DNA of 64,000 nucleotides from a virus (taxonomy: Duplodnaviria > Caudoviricetes), in the IMG/VR virus record IMGVR_UViG_3300025543_000001, positions 533 through 64,532 of that record; one strand, 5' to 3'. Position numbers and translations under genes: made by a program. A model generated the notes under the pieces. The model was not told where the DNA came from. It made no database searches and saw nothing but the letters and a program-made list of their open reading frames with translations. The stretch's first letter is position 1. Each line of letters opens with the position of its first letter. Positions 1 to 10,229 of the stretch are shown here, piece after piece.

Positions 1-72
1 ACCGTTAAAAAGACAAAAGGTCAAAAACGAAATGTTAGCGTCAGTGGTTTTAGCGGTCGTCGCCGCCGATAA
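1..72 (+). CDS. 3' end of a small K/R-rich protein (truncated by window edge)
   Basis: Frame 1 reads TVKKTKGQKRNVSVSGFSGRRRR then TAA at 70-72; similar in composition to the basic proteins at 63-64 kb. Confidence 0.5.
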   Translation, partial: TVKKTKGQKRNVSVSGFSGRRRR

Positions 73-91
73 CAAACACGCGAAAGATTAG

Positions 92-99
92 TACATTTG
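92..99 (+). promoter_or_regulatory. Bacteroidota-type -7 promoter element
   Basis: TACATTTG matches TAnnTTTG, 14 nt before ATG 114. Confidence 0.55.
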
Positions 100-113
100 T
101 AAAAACAGAATTA

Positions 114-284
114 ATGCCCTCACGTTCTCGTCCTTCAAAAGGTTTTGGCGATACAGTAGAGAAATTTACTAGAGCCACAGGTATTAAGCAGGTAGTGGAG
201 AAGGTCTCCGAGGCTACAGGCACCGATTGTGGCTGCGGCCAACGCCGTGACACGTTAAACAGAATTTTCCCATACGATAAATAA
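114..284 (+). CDS. Small phage protein with DCGC motif (56 aa, not in ORF track)
   Basis: Hand-translated MPSRSRPSKGFGDTVEKFTRATGIKQVVEKVSEATGTDCGCGQRRDTLNRIFPYDK; follows promoter box and abuts next gene. Confidence 0.8.
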   Translation: MPSRSRPSKGFGDTVEKFTRATGIKQVVEKVSEATGTDCGCGQRRDTLNRIFPYDK

Positions 285-286
285 TT

Positions 287-820
287 ATGGCATATCAAAA
301 ATTACAGGTAGGTTTAGGCTTAGAGGTCATCCCTACTGACGGCTCAGACATACCTAATCCCGCTGGACCTACTACTACAGGTATAGGGACGGTTGGCACT
401 GCTGTTTCTGGAACTACATTGACTTTAGTTGACTCTAGCGCCGACTTTATAGCTAATGGAATCAAGCAGGGGATGGTTATTTACAACACGGCAGATGTCT
501 TGGTAGGTGTAGTCGTGTCCATCACAAATGCAACTACTTTAACGGCGGCAGTAAATAATAACGCCTCCTGGACCGCAACAAGCGCTTACACCATATACCA
601 CGAGACAACTGACGGTTGTGTCCTTTATGTGGGCGGCCTTCAATCCACGACCGACCCCGAAGGAGTAGACTTAAGTATTGTTACCTCATCGGGTTCTGAA
701 GTTCTTATGGAAAACCTTTTACCTGGGTCTTTTCTTCCTATTCAAGTACGTAGGGTAAAAGAAACTGGCACGGATACAGGCAGCACCGCTCCATATGTAA
801 AAGTTGTAGCATTCTGGTGA
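287..820 (+). CDS. Putative virion structural protein (T/G/V-rich beta protein)
   Basis: 177 aa; LVDSSADFIANGIKQGMVIYN resembles repeats in 19466..20230; C-terminal GSFLPIQVRRV motif. Confidence 0.65.
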   Translation: MAYQKLQVGLGLEVIPTDGSDIPNPAGPTTTGIGTVGTAVSGTTLTLVDSSADFIANGIKQGMVIYNTADVLVGVVVSITNATTLTAAVNNNASWTATSAYTIYHETTDGCVLYVGGLQSTTDPEGVDLSIVTSSGSEVLMENLLPGSFLPIQVRRVKETGTDTGSTAPYVKVVAFW

Positions 821-821
821 T

Positions 822-3800
822 ATGAGCGGAACAATCATAGGTATAGCAAATGCGTTTGGGTCTTCTTTAACGCCAGGCACAGCAGGACAAGGTCAGGGCC
901 CCACACCGACTCCAGGCGCTGACCCTATGACTTTTTCCGTTACCCCGTATAACAGCGGTGGGACTTCAACACCGTCTGGTCAATACCAGTTGGGTCTTTA
1001 TTCTACGGGAACTTATAACTTTACTGTTAACTGGGGCGATGGAAGTTCAGATGATGTAATCACATCGTATAACCAACCAGAGGCGACGCACGATTACGGA
1101 ACGGTGACGCCTGCTGATAGGTTTTTAATTACGATAACCCCGAATACTGCATTTGCATCTTCTTCGTTTGACCACTGGTTTTTTGGAAACCGAACGCAGG
1201 GTGATGGCCTAAAAGTAACAGGCATTAATCTTTATGGGGGCGTACAGTTTTATGCTAATGAAGATATTTTCTATGGTTGCGAGGGTCTTACTACGGTAAA
1301 TACATCTATAAACAACATACCTACGTTTGTCAATAAAGATATTATTGATTCTTTTTTCTTTAAATGTACGAACCTGTCCGTTTCGTTTACACTATCTTAT
1401 TGGGTTGGGCCATTTACTGGAACTGCTATTGATTTTAACGGAGGCACCGAGGTGGGCCTTATTCCCTCAGGGTCATCAAACGGTTATTTTGATTTTGATT
1501 TTGCTCCTACCAGCTTACTTCGTGCATTTGAAAACCAAGCTAGCTTTAATAACCAGTCTTTAAATAATTGGGATGTAAGCGGGTCAAATGATTTCTCAAG
1601 CGCTTTTGAAAAGTGCCTTCGATTCAACCGACCGCTTCCTTGGACATTTCAAACGGGTAGCCCTATCCTGGCTACCAATATGTTTAAAAATGCAGTTGAC
1701 TTCAACCAAGATATTACCGCTTGGGATACATCTGCATTTACCCATATGGACGGTATGTTTGCGCGTACACTTTCTATTGGTGGACCTGTACTAGCCTCTA
1801 GCTTTAACCAGCCCATTGGGTCTTGGAATACAAATTCTGTACAGGACGCGTCGGCTATGTTTTTTAACGCTGAAGTGTTCAATCAGGATTTGACGAATTG
1901 GTTTAGTACGGGGGCTTTGGGGTCTTCAAGCGGTGGCATTGGAAGTATGTTCGCAGGGGCCTCTAACTTTAATGGGCAAGTTCTCAATTGGGACACAAGC
2001 AATATTACCTTGTTTAATTTTGTTTTCAATAGAGCCTCTGCATTTAACCAAGACTTAAGTAGTTGGGACACGTCATCAGGGGTAGCTTTTGTTAGCACTT
2101 TTAATGACGCAACTTCTTTTAATCAAGACCTTTCCAGTTGGGATGTTTCTATGGGATTGTTTTTTGATGAGATGTTTAAGGGTGCTACTTCGTTTTTAGG
2201 AACTGGAATTGACAGTTGGAATACCGCATCTGCTTCTTCTTTTTCGAGTATGTTTAATGGAGCTTCGGCTTTCAACCAAAACTTATATAGCTGGGATATA
2301 TCTAATCTATCGAACGCTTCCGATATGTTAACTGGAACGGCTATCAGTAATGATAACTGGGACAGTTTGTTGATTGGTTGGGGTTACGCACAACAAGCCA
2401 ACTTAAACAACAACGTAACCCTTAGCGATGTCCCTGCTCAACACGGCCCAGGATTTGTAAATGCGATTTTTGATAAGCTAACGGATAGTGTAGCAAATGG
2501 AGGTTATGGATGGACGATTCTTGACCAAGGGCAATCTGCCTTACCGCCACCGCCCCTTGAATTTACCATTGACACCACGGCTACAGAGGCGGGTAGTAGC
2601 GCTAATGACCAGTATCGCTTACCGTTGATGTCAACGGGTACATATAACTTTTATGTAGACTGGGGCGACGGAACTATAGGCGACCAAATTACTAGCTGGA
2701 ACCAAGCGGAAGCTACGCATACTTATGCAACGGCGGGGACATATATCGTTCAAATTCTAGCTACCGCTCGCGTGGGGCAAACTCCATCTGTAGACCATAT
2801 AAGCTGGGCCTCTCAGGACGGAACGACGTTAACTGCTGCTAATGATAGGCTTAAGGTACAGGGTATTGCGAAGTGGGGCAGCGCTCAGGTATACTTAAAT
2901 GAGTATGTATTTACTAGGTGCTCTAATTTAGACATCACCACTACCGCCCTTCCAAACTTTGGAAGTAAGGTCTTGAGGACTTCTGCTTTTGAAAACTGCG
3001 ATAGTTTAAGTGGTAACCTAAGCGGTTGGGGCACTGTGTTATCTCCGATAACGGGTTTTGGGGCGCTTTTTTATAAAGATGCTGCATCTTCTAATCCCAA
3101 CTTCAACTTTGTTTTTCAGGTGGGTGCTGGTGTCCTGACGCAAGCGTTTAATTATTCTACGGACTTCAATAATCCTTTAGACAACTGGGATGTTTCTAAT
3201 GCGAGGGGTTTTACGGGAATGTTTAGTTCTGCAACTTCTTTTAACCAAGATATTAGCGGTTGGGATACGGGCAATTCGGGTGCTTTCAACAGTATGTTTA
3301 ATGGAGCTTCGGCCTTCAACCAAAACATTAGCTCTTGGAATGTTGCTAACGTAACTACGTTTAGCCAAATGTTTCAAGGCGCCACTTTATTTAATCAACC
3401 TGTAGGGGCTTGGACGACTACGTCTTTAACGAATTTGTTTTCAACGTTTAAGAACGCTGCTGCGTTTGACCAAGATTTAGCGAACTGGGACGTAAGCGGG
3501 GTTACTACTGCTGTCGATATGCTTACTGGCAGCAACATAAGTGCTGCTAACTGGGACGCTTTGCTTATTGGCTGGGCGGCTCAAGGGACTGGCGCTGGCT
3601 CTTTACAGGCGAACGTAACGCTTTCGAATATCAACCAGCTCCACGGCTCGGTAGACTCGGCGGCTACTGCTGCTTATAATAAGTTGACGGCTTCTCCATA
3701 CAACTGGACTATTGTCGATTTGGGTGGCGCTCCTGTAGGGAACTTACTTTTGGACACTAGTTACGGTAGCGGAGCTGAGGCTGCATACTCGGTCCGTAAG

Positions 3801-6800
3801 CTGCGCACCGCGTATACGGGGCCTGCTATGAAGGTCCAGGACACCGTAGGAGGTGCTACGCAGGACATTTACTTCGATGCCAACAACAACCTTGACGAAG
3901 CTGCTATTATCTCTTATGGAGGCTCTAACGACGTTTTCGTAGAGACCTGGTACGACCAGTCAATCAACGGCAATGATGCTAGACAGGGTACGTCTGCACG
4001 TCGTCCTAAGATTTACGACGGTACAACTGGCGCGTTGGTGAAGCGAAAAGGGCGAATTGCTCTTGATTTTTTAGGCACTGCCGACATCCCTTTACCAACT
4101 AATAGTTTGCCTTCAAACATTAACAACGCGTCCTCTTTTTTAGTTTATGACTTTGACACAGCGGCTCCACTCAATGTTTCTTATCTCGCTTTAGCATTAG
4201 GAAGAAATAGCCCCAATCAAAGATGGTATACACCTTTCATTTATAATAGCACTGGTTTAGAATATTTTAGTTACGGTAATTCATTAAGTGGCAATGTCAT
4301 AAAAAAACCTGACGATTTTGTTCATTTGTTAACAGCAATTGCGGGAAGTACGCAAGGAAATGCCAGCGCTTTTGCTGATGGTACTATAACAACAACAACC
4401 AGCTTACAAAGTGCTGTTCCACCTGAAGGCGCTATTGGCGGGTTTGCTGATTCAAGCAACCATTACAAAGGAACAATGCAAGAGATTGTGATATATGACA
4501 GCGACAAATCCAGCTTTCGCACTGACATCGAAGAAAACATTGGCGACTACTTCACCCAAAACACGCCACTGCTCGACACGTACACGGGAGCCGCAGCCGC
4601 GTATTCACTGCGCCTTTTAGACTCGACGTATACAGGCTCAGCGGTACAGGTTCAGGATACGGTAGGTGGAGCAACTCAGGATATTGGGTTCAATGTATTC
4701 GGTGAGCTCGATACGGTAGCCTTGGCTGCTTACGGGGGTAGTAACGAGGTGAGGGTCGTTACTTGGTACGACCAGAGTGGTAACAGCAACGACGCGACGC
4801 AGGGCACCTCAACTTCTCGTTCTATCCTGTATCGAGACAGTTCAGCTACTGTTCCAGGTGTTGTGCTTAGTAACGGGAAGCCAGCGGTTGAAACGGTGAA
4901 CAGCTCAATAAATTACAGCTTGCCATCAGGCGCTTTACCTTCTAACATCAACAACGCTTCAAGCTTTATCACTTATGGCTTGACGAGCGCATCACAAGGT
5001 AGCACCAGAATAATGGCGGCATTGGGTTCACCGACTAACAACGCCCGATGGTATTCACCTGCTTTAAATTCATCGAACGAATATTTCTCCTATGGCTCAG
5101 ACTTCACTACCTCAAACGTTTTGATTGGGGCAGCGGATACAAACCAACATTTGCTGACGGGTATAGCAGGAAGCACGCAAGGGAATTTCAGCGCGTTTAA
5201 AGATGGTGCTTTAGAATTTACTGAAACGTTGTCGAGCGCAGTGCCAACCGCTGGTTATATCGGTGGCAATATATCCGCATATTTTCAAGAGTTCGTAGTG
5301 TATCACAGCGACGAATCAGGCAACCGAGCAGGCATCGAAACAAACATCAACACGTTCTACGACATCTATACTGAGCCTGTAGCGCCTTTGTTGTTGAATA
5401 ACTATCCTGGTGCTGCTGCGGCCTACTCATTGCGTAGGATTAACTCTAGCTATCAGGGTTCTGCTGTATTGGTTCAGACGACTAACAACACTAAGGAGCC
5501 AGTCTATATCGGCTTCGATTCCAATAACGACTTGGACACTGTCTCTTTAGCTGCCTATGGTGGAAGTGAAGAGGTGGTGGTAGCGGGATGGCTTGACCAG
5601 TCGGGCAACGGCAATGACGCTATCCAGAATAGTGCAGCTTCTCGCCCTGTCATCTATCGAGACAGCACGGCCACTACACCAGGCGTGGTGTTGGAGAACG
5701 GGAATCCTGCGGTTGAGTTTGATGGTAGTGATGACAACTTCACGAGCACAATTAGTAACATAACTCAAAGTTTCGACGTTTACACAGTCCACAACTTCAA
5801 CACTACACCAGCAGCAACTGAGAGGCTATACGACAGCGACAACGGAGGAAGAATAACCAGAGGCTCAAACGGTACTTCAGACAATTTCGCATTCGCGGGT
5901 ACAGTATTAAGTTGGTCACCACAGCAAACAGGACAAGTTCAAGAAACGACCGTATACAATGGAGTTGCTTCGCTTGTTAGAGTAAACGGAACACAAACCG
6001 CGAGCGGGGACGCGGGTACAAGCTCAACGGGTACGGATTTAGTTATTGGCGCAGATAGAACCGCAAGCACTCACTTCATAGACGGTCAGATTCAAGAATT
6101 AATTATTTTCGATAACAGCAAAAGCGCAACCGACCGCACCGACATCGAGGAGAATATCGGCGGGTACTATGACATCCCACTCCCAGGTCTCTTAGATGAA
6201 AACCCAGGTGCTGCGGCAGCTTACTCACTGCGTCGTTTACGTCAGGCGTACACTGGCAGTGCTATCCAAGTGCAACGCGCTGATAACATAGGAGGTACGA
6301 CAGACATCGGCTTCGATGGTTACGGCAATCTAGACACAGCTGCACTTACGACGGCAGCTGCTGGTAACGATATGGTGGTGGTTACGTGGTACGACCAGAG
6401 TGGCAACAGCAATGATGCTACACAGGGTACGTCTACTGCTCGTCCAAAGATTTACGACGGCACTACGGGTGTGGTGACTGAAGGAAGCGCAGGAAACGAG
6501 AAGCCTGCGGTTGAGTTTGACGGAGTTTCTAATGAATTACCAACGCCTACAATTTTCAGTGATTTAGGAGCAGGTAACGCAGTAAGCGTTTTTCATATTT
6601 CAAAATGCCCTGACACCACAGACGGAACGGTGTACAATTTTTCGGACTCCGCTTCAGCGAATTTCTTTAGTTTCGGATACAACTTTATATCGGGTAATTA
6701 TGGCAGTAGAAGGAGCATAGCGTCGGGGTCAAATACTTTTAGTGGGGATACATATAACAATGCCCAGTCTTTGTTTTCGCAGATTTCAACGACAACTACC

Positions 6801-7832
6801 AACAATCAAGTATATAAAGACGGAACTGCGGCAACTTTAACAACTACGGACGGAGCTTCACGAGGAAATCAATCGTCAAACTTTATTGGAAGCGTATCGA
6901 CCAGCCGATTTATGAAAGGGAACATTCAAGAGATTGTTTCCTATACCTCCGACCAATCCGACAACCGCCCTTCCATCGAGGATAACGTAGGTGACTACTA
7001 CGGCATTGAGATAGCGGGGCTATTGGACCAGTATAGTGGAGCGGCAGCGGGATACTCTTTGCGTAAGCTCAGCAAATCCTACACTGGCTTTGCCATCAAG
7101 GTGCAGGACAACGTGGGCGGAGCCACTCAGGATATCGGCTTCAACGCCGACGGAGAGCTGGACACTGTAGCTCTGCTTGCCTACGCAGGTAGCAATGACG
7201 TTTTTGTGGAGACGTGGTACGACCAATCTGGCTCAGGCAATAACGCTACACAGGGTAGCTCAGCGGCACGCCCTAAAATCGTTTCAAGCGGTGCGGTTGT
7301 AGTGGACAACAACGGGAAGCCCGCGGTTGAGTTTGATGGAAGCAACGACATCTTAAAACAAAGCGGAGGCCTTTTGAACGGTCTTTCTTCATACTCTTTA
7401 TTTTCAACCTTTAATCCATTAACGAGTGCGGGAGCTTACGAGGCTTATCTACACCAAGCCGTAGTTACCACGCCGTTTAATAATACCTTTCAATTGCGGA
7501 GAGATGACGCAAACGACCGCTTCAATCCAATTTCTGGTCAATCGTTACCGCTTCAAAATACTGTTTCATCTATCAATAATTTGCAGTTGCTTGTTTCAGT
7601 GTTGAGGAATGGAGCAACGACGAATAAAATTTATCAAAATGGAGCATTTGAATTAGATATTACCGCCAACAGCTACACAATAAACGCGGGAGATTTCGCA
7701 ATTGGTGGACGTTCAAATGATGTAAATTTTTCATCTATGAAGGCGCAAGAGTTTGTTATCTACGGCAACGACCAATCCGACAACCGCACAGGAATTGAAG
7801 CGAACATCAACTTCTTCTACGACATCTATTAA
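822..7832 (+). CDS. Large repeat adhesin/tail-fibre-like protein: 2x(PKD-like + DUF285/BspA-like repeats) + 5x ConA/arabinofuranosidase-B-like modules
   Basis: YNFxVxWGDG PKD-like motif twice; many FNQxLxxWDxS repeats; five AAYSLRxL...WYDQSGNxNDAxQ...QExVIY modules. Confidence 0.75.
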   Translation: MSGTIIGIANAFGSSLTPGTAGQGQGPTPTPGADPMTFSVTPYNSGGTSTPSGQYQLGLYSTGTYNFTVNWGDGSSDDVITSYNQPEATHDYGTVTPADRFLITITPNTAFASSSFDHWFFGNRTQGDGLKVTGINLYGGVQFYANEDIFYGCEGLTTVNTSINNIPTFVNKDIIDSFFFKCTNLSVSFTLSYWVGPFTGTAIDFNGGTEVGLIPSGSSNGYFDFDFAPTSLLRAFENQASFNNQSLNNWDVSGSNDFSSAFEKCLRFNRPLPWTFQTGSPILATNMFKNAVDFNQDITAWDTSAFTHMDGMFARTLSIGGPVLASSFNQPIGSWNTNSVQDASAMFFNAEVFNQDLTNWFSTGALGSSSGGIGSMFAGASNFNGQVLNWDTSNITLFNFVFNRASAFNQDLSSWDTSSGVAFVSTFNDATSFNQDLSSWDVSMGLFFDEMFKGATSFLGTGIDSWNTASASSFSSMFNGASAFNQNLYSWDISNLSNASDMLTGTAISNDNWDSLLIGWGYAQQANLNNNVTLSDVPAQHGPGFVNAIFDKLTDSVANGGYGWTILDQGQSALPPPPLEFTIDTTATEAGSSANDQYRLPLMSTGTYNFYVDWGDGTIGDQITSWNQAEATHTYATAGTYIVQILATARVGQTPSVDHISWASQDGTTLTAANDRLKVQGIAKWGSAQVYLNEYVFTRCSNLDITTTALPNFGSKVLRTSAFENCDSLSGNLSGWGTVLSPITGFGALFYKDAASSNPNFNFVFQVGAGVLTQAFNYSTDFNNPLDNWDVSNARGFTGMFSSATSFNQDISGWDTGNSGAFNSMFNGASAFNQNISSWNVANVTTFSQMFQGATLFNQPVGAWTTTSLTNLFSTFKNAAAFDQDLANWDVSGVTTAVDMLTGSNISAANWDALLIGWAAQGTGAGSLQANVTLSNINQLHGSVDSAATAAYNKLTASPYNWTIVDLGGAPVGNLLLDTSYGSGAEAAYSVRKLRTAYTGPAMKVQDTVGGATQDIYFDANNNLDEAAIISYGGSNDVFVETWYDQSINGNDARQGTSARRPKIYDGTTGALVKRKGRIALDFLGTADIPLPTNSLPSNINNASSFLVYDFDTAAPLNVSYLALALGRNSPNQRWYTPFIYNSTGLEYFSYGNSLSGNVIKKPDDFVHLLTAIAGSTQGNASAFADGTITTTTSLQSAVPPEGAIGGFADSSNHYKGTMQEIVIYDSDKSSFRTDIEENIGDYFTQNTPLLDTYTGAAAAYSLRLLDSTYTGSAVQVQDTVGGATQDIGFNVFGELDTVALAAYGGSNEVRVVTWYDQSGNSNDATQGTSTSRSILYRDSSATVPGVVLSNGKPAVETVNSSINYSLPSGALPSNINNASSFITYGLTSASQGSTRIMAALGSPTNNARWYSPALNSSNEYFSYGSDFTTSNVLIGAADTNQHLLTGIAGSTQGNFSAFKDGALEFTETLSSAVPTAGYIGGNISAYFQEFVVYHSDESGNRAGIETNINTFYDIYTEPVAPLLLNNYPGAAAAYSLRRINSSYQGSAVLVQTTNNTKEPVYIGFDSNNDLDTVSLAAYGGSEEVVVAGWLDQSGNGNDAIQNSAASRPVIYRDSTATTPGVVLENGNPAVEFDGSDDNFTSTISNITQSFDVYTVHNFNTTPAATERLYDSDNGGRITRGSNGTSDNFAFAGTVLSWSPQQTGQVQETTVYNGVASLVRVNGTQTASGDAGTSSTGTDLVIGADRTASTHFIDGQIQELIIFDNSKSATDRTDIEENIGGYYDIPLPGLLDENPGAAAAYSLRRLRQAYTGSAIQVQRADNIGGTTDIGFDGYGNLDTAALTTAAAGNDMVVVTWYDQSGNSNDATQGTSTARPKIYDGTTGVVTEGSAGNEKPAVEFDGVSNELPTPTIFSDLGAGNAVSVFHISKCPDTTDGTVYNFSDSASANFFSFGYNFISGNYGSRRSIASGSNTFSGDTYNNAQSLFSQISTTTTNNQVYKDGTAATLTTTDGASRGNQSSNFIGSVSTSRFMKGNIQEIVSYTSDQSDNRPSIEDNVGDYYGIEIAGLLDQYSGAAAGYSLRKLSKSYTGFAIKVQDNVGGATQDIGFNADGELDTVALLAYAGSNDVFVETWYDQSGSGNNATQGSSAARPKIVSSGAVVVDNNGKPAVEFDGSNDILKQSGGLLNGLSSYSLFSTFNPLTSAGAYEAYLHQAVVTTPFNNTFQLRRDDANDRFNPISGQSLPLQNTVSSINNLQLLVSVLRNGATTNKIYQNGAFELDITANSYTINAGDFAIGGRSNDVNFSSMKAQEFVIYGNDQSDNRTGIEANINFFYDIY

Positions 7833-7852
7833 TATGTTTATCTTTACACACT

Positions 7853-8287
7853 ATGAGTAACTATCTAATCGTACCTCCCGAAGGAGGGCTTACATCTGAG
7901 GAGCGAGCAGCAGCTATCTCACGTCAGTTGTACTGTATCACCCGTCCAGAATCTATCCAGAACCCTGACGAGGCAAACTTCAATCTATTCGGCTCTGTCA
8001 TCCATCCTACTACAGGGGAGGCGGCGCTATCTATTATTTTGGATTGGCTTATCTATGTCAACGCAGCGGTAGATTTGACTGAGCTACAGCTCTTGTTTCC
8101 CCTTATGCCAGAGGCGGAGAAAGACGCGCTCACCACAACCATCACGACATCTCCTACAGTGGTCTTCGATACCATCATTCCGACTGAGTGTACGGTGCGC
8201 GACCAAGCGTATATGGAAGCCAACGGATGGTTCCCACCAGAGCCAGAAGAAGTAACTGAGGACCAAATTGGAGAAATCGTTGAGTAA
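7853..8287 (+). CDS. Hypothetical protein (possible fibre-associated protein/chaperone)
   Basis: 144 aa ORF directly after the adhesin, TAATG-coupled to the next gene. Confidence 0.7.
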   Translation: MSNYLIVPPEGGLTSEERAAAISRQLYCITRPESIQNPDEANFNLFGSVIHPTTGEAALSIILDWLIYVNAAVDLTELQLLFPLMPEAEKDALTTTITTSPTVVFDTIIPTECTVRDQAYMEANGWFPPEPEEVTEDQIGEIVE

Positions 8288-8562
8288 TGGCTAGGCATAC
8301 ACACGTATTTAAGACGCCCGCCTTTTGGTTTGCCTTTAATAACGGCGAAGAGGTAAAAGGTAACCCGCGCAATAACTACGGGTATGCCTCTAAGGGCGAG
8401 CTCAGCACAGGGCAAGAGTACTTGGACGTCTTCGATACTGAAGAAGAAATGGCGGCTTATATAGACCTTCAGGTCGGGGAGCCTGGGTGGTATTATAAGT
8501 GCGAGAACCGCATTCCCTACCCGCCAAACCCCAACGAGTGGAAATGTCCTGAAGAAGAGTAA
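8287..8562 (+). CDS. Hypothetical protein
   Basis: 91 aa, coupled to upstream stop. Confidence 0.7.
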   Translation: MARHTHVFKTPAFWFAFNNGEEVKGNPRNNYGYASKGELSTGQEYLDVFDTEEEMAAYIDLQVGEPGWYYKCENRIPYPPNPNEWKCPEEE

Positions 8563-8653
8563 ACACCATCCAATGAAATTTAATTCTAATCCTACTGTCG
8601 ATACCAATGTTGAATACAAGCTGATTGAAAGCGGCGAAGAGAATGAAGAAAGT

Positions 8654-8860
8654 ATGAATTATGAATTGATTAGCGTAGCGGTGGGTGCGGTAAGCGGAAT
8701 AATCGGAACTTACGTAAAGATGGAGAACGAGCTCACCAAGATAAAAAGCCGTTTGATTAGCCTGGAGAAGCAAGAAACACGCGTGCAGCAAAGCCTAGAC
8801 GTTTTGCTTGATGGTGTAAATGAAATTAAAATTCTACTCGCTAAGAAGGGTATTGAATGA
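8654..8860 (+). CDS. Putative holin-like membrane protein (ORF could extend to 8573)
   Basis: MNYELISVAVGAVSGIIGTYV hydrophobic segment plus coiled coil, overlapping the endolysin start (ATGA). Confidence 0.55.
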   Translation: MNYELISVAVGAVSGIIGTYVKMENELTKIKSRLISLEKQETRVQQSLDVLLDGVNEIKILLAKKGIE

Positions 8861-9276
8861 GGGACATCAATCGAATTATCCTGCACTGCTCTGCCACACC
8901 AGAGGGCAGGGGGGTAACCGTTGACCAAATAAGGAGCTGGCATTTATCAAACGGGTGGGACGATATAGGCTACCATTTCTGTGTGTATGCAGACGGCTCT
9001 GTACATCGAGGGAGGGACCTTGATAAATCGGGAGCCCATACCTACGGACACAACAAAGACTCAATCGGAGTGTGCTATATTGGTGGTGTAGATAAGGATA
9101 TGAATCCCAAGGATACTATGACTGAAATGCAGGATATAGCAGTTCTTGAGCTTGTTAAAAGTTTACGCCTTATTTTTGGGGAGTTAAGTCTTCACGGACA
9201 TAATGAGTTTTCAAGTAAGTCCTGCCCTTCGTTTGATGTGCAGGAGAAGTACAAATTCTTAAACAAACAGATATGA
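8857..9276 (+). CDS. N-acetylmuramoyl-L-alanine amidase endolysin (Amidase_2, T7 lysozyme-like)
   Basis: IILHCSAT, WDDIGYHF, GAHT..N..SIGVC and GHNE..KSCPSF zinc amidase motifs. Confidence 0.92.
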   Translation: MRDINRIILHCSATPEGRGVTVDQIRSWHLSNGWDDIGYHFCVYADGSVHRGRDLDKSGAHTYGHNKDSIGVCYIGGVDKDMNPKDTMTEMQDIAVLELVKSLRLIFGELSLHGHNEFSSKSCPSFDVQEKYKFLNKQI

Positions 9277-9437
9277 ATTTTTTGACACAATTTTGGAGTG
9301 AGATTTTGCTCGCTGGTATTACAGCGGCTGGTACGATTACTGCTTTGACAGAGACCGAGAAGGACGATAAAATCGTCAATGTATTATCTCGTATCCTCAA
9401 CGCGGTAGTTATGGGCAAGAACCGCCGCAACAAGTAA
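9273..9437 (+). CDS. Small holin-like membrane protein (54 aa, not in ORF track)
   Basis: MNFLTQFWSEILLAGITAAGTITALTETEKDDKIVNVLSRILNAVVMGKNRRNK; ATGA overlap with amidase; hydrophobic helix and basic tail. Confidence 0.7.
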   Translation: MNFLTQFWSEILLAGITAAGTITALTETEKDDKIVNVLSRILNAVVMGKNRRNK

Positions 9438-9443
9438 GTACCT

Positions 9444-10004
9444 ATGCCTAAGATTAGCACATACGGAACCGTTACACCAGCGGCTTCCGACAGAATTGTC
9501 GTTAGCGATGCCAGTGATTCTAACGCCACAAAGAATATTACGGTGGGCTCGCTGTCTTCGGCTACTGCAATTTCTTACTATGTAGATGCTTACGATATTG
9601 GCTCTAGAACGGTTACTATATCTACAGCTGATGAGTGGGTTGATATGCCTACCATTGCTTTTACCGCTGATGTAAACGAAGGATTTGACTTGAGTGGGGG
9701 CAACGTAGTGAAAAATGCTTCAGGTGGAGGCTTGACCGCTTGTAAGATAATCGCGTTTTTAAACGTTAAGGCGGCAAGTGGAGGTGTCGACCAAGATATA
9801 GCTCTTCGTTTTATAAAGAACACTACTCCTATTTCTACGTCTGAAGGACACGCTACGGTAAATCAGAGTCACGCTGGCGAGATTACATTAGGCACCATTC
9901 AGTCGTTGGCTTTAAACGATACTATTGGGCTACAGATTAAAAATGTAGGCAGCACAACTGACTTGGTGATAGACCACGTTAATCTCATTATTACGTCTCT
10001 ATAG
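9444..10004 (+). CDS. Putative short fibre/structural protein
   Basis: MPKISTY...SDRIVVSD...TKNITVGSL fibre-like N-terminus; beta-rich C-terminal domain. Confidence 0.6.
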   Translation: MPKISTYGTVTPAASDRIVVSDASDSNATKNITVGSLSSATAISYYVDAYDIGSRTVTISTADEWVDMPTIAFTADVNEGFDLSGGNVVKNASGGGLTACKIIAFLNVKAASGGVDQDIALRFIKNTTPISTSEGHATVNQSHAGEITLGTIQSLALNDTIGLQIKNVGSTTDLVIDHVNLIITSL

Positions 10005-10007
10005 GCT

Positions 10008-10229
10008 ATGCTTATCCGTAAGATATCTGTAGGCCCTGACTATAAGTCAGCGATGCATTACTTGCTAGGCCAGGAGGTTCTCGGAGGCAACTATAAAATA
10101 CACCTCATTAAAGTAGAGGATAAATCAAATTCAATTCAAATATGGATAGAGCGCAATAATGAGATAATTCTTTGGAAGCATTTTTCTCATACGATGCCGC
10201 TATCTGTAGAGTACAACATTAATTTTTAA
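10008..10229 (+). CDS. Hypothetical phage protein
   Basis: 73 aa, IRKISVGPDYKSAMHY motif, TAATG coupling. Confidence 0.75.
   Translation: MLIRKISVGPDYKSAMHYLLGQEVLGGNYKIHLIKVEDKSNSIQIWIERNNEIILWKHFSHTMPLSVEYNINF

Noticed and set aside
822-7832. Diversity-generating retroelement target
   Set aside because: No reverse transcriptase in the window; repeats differ at all bases rather than only at adenines
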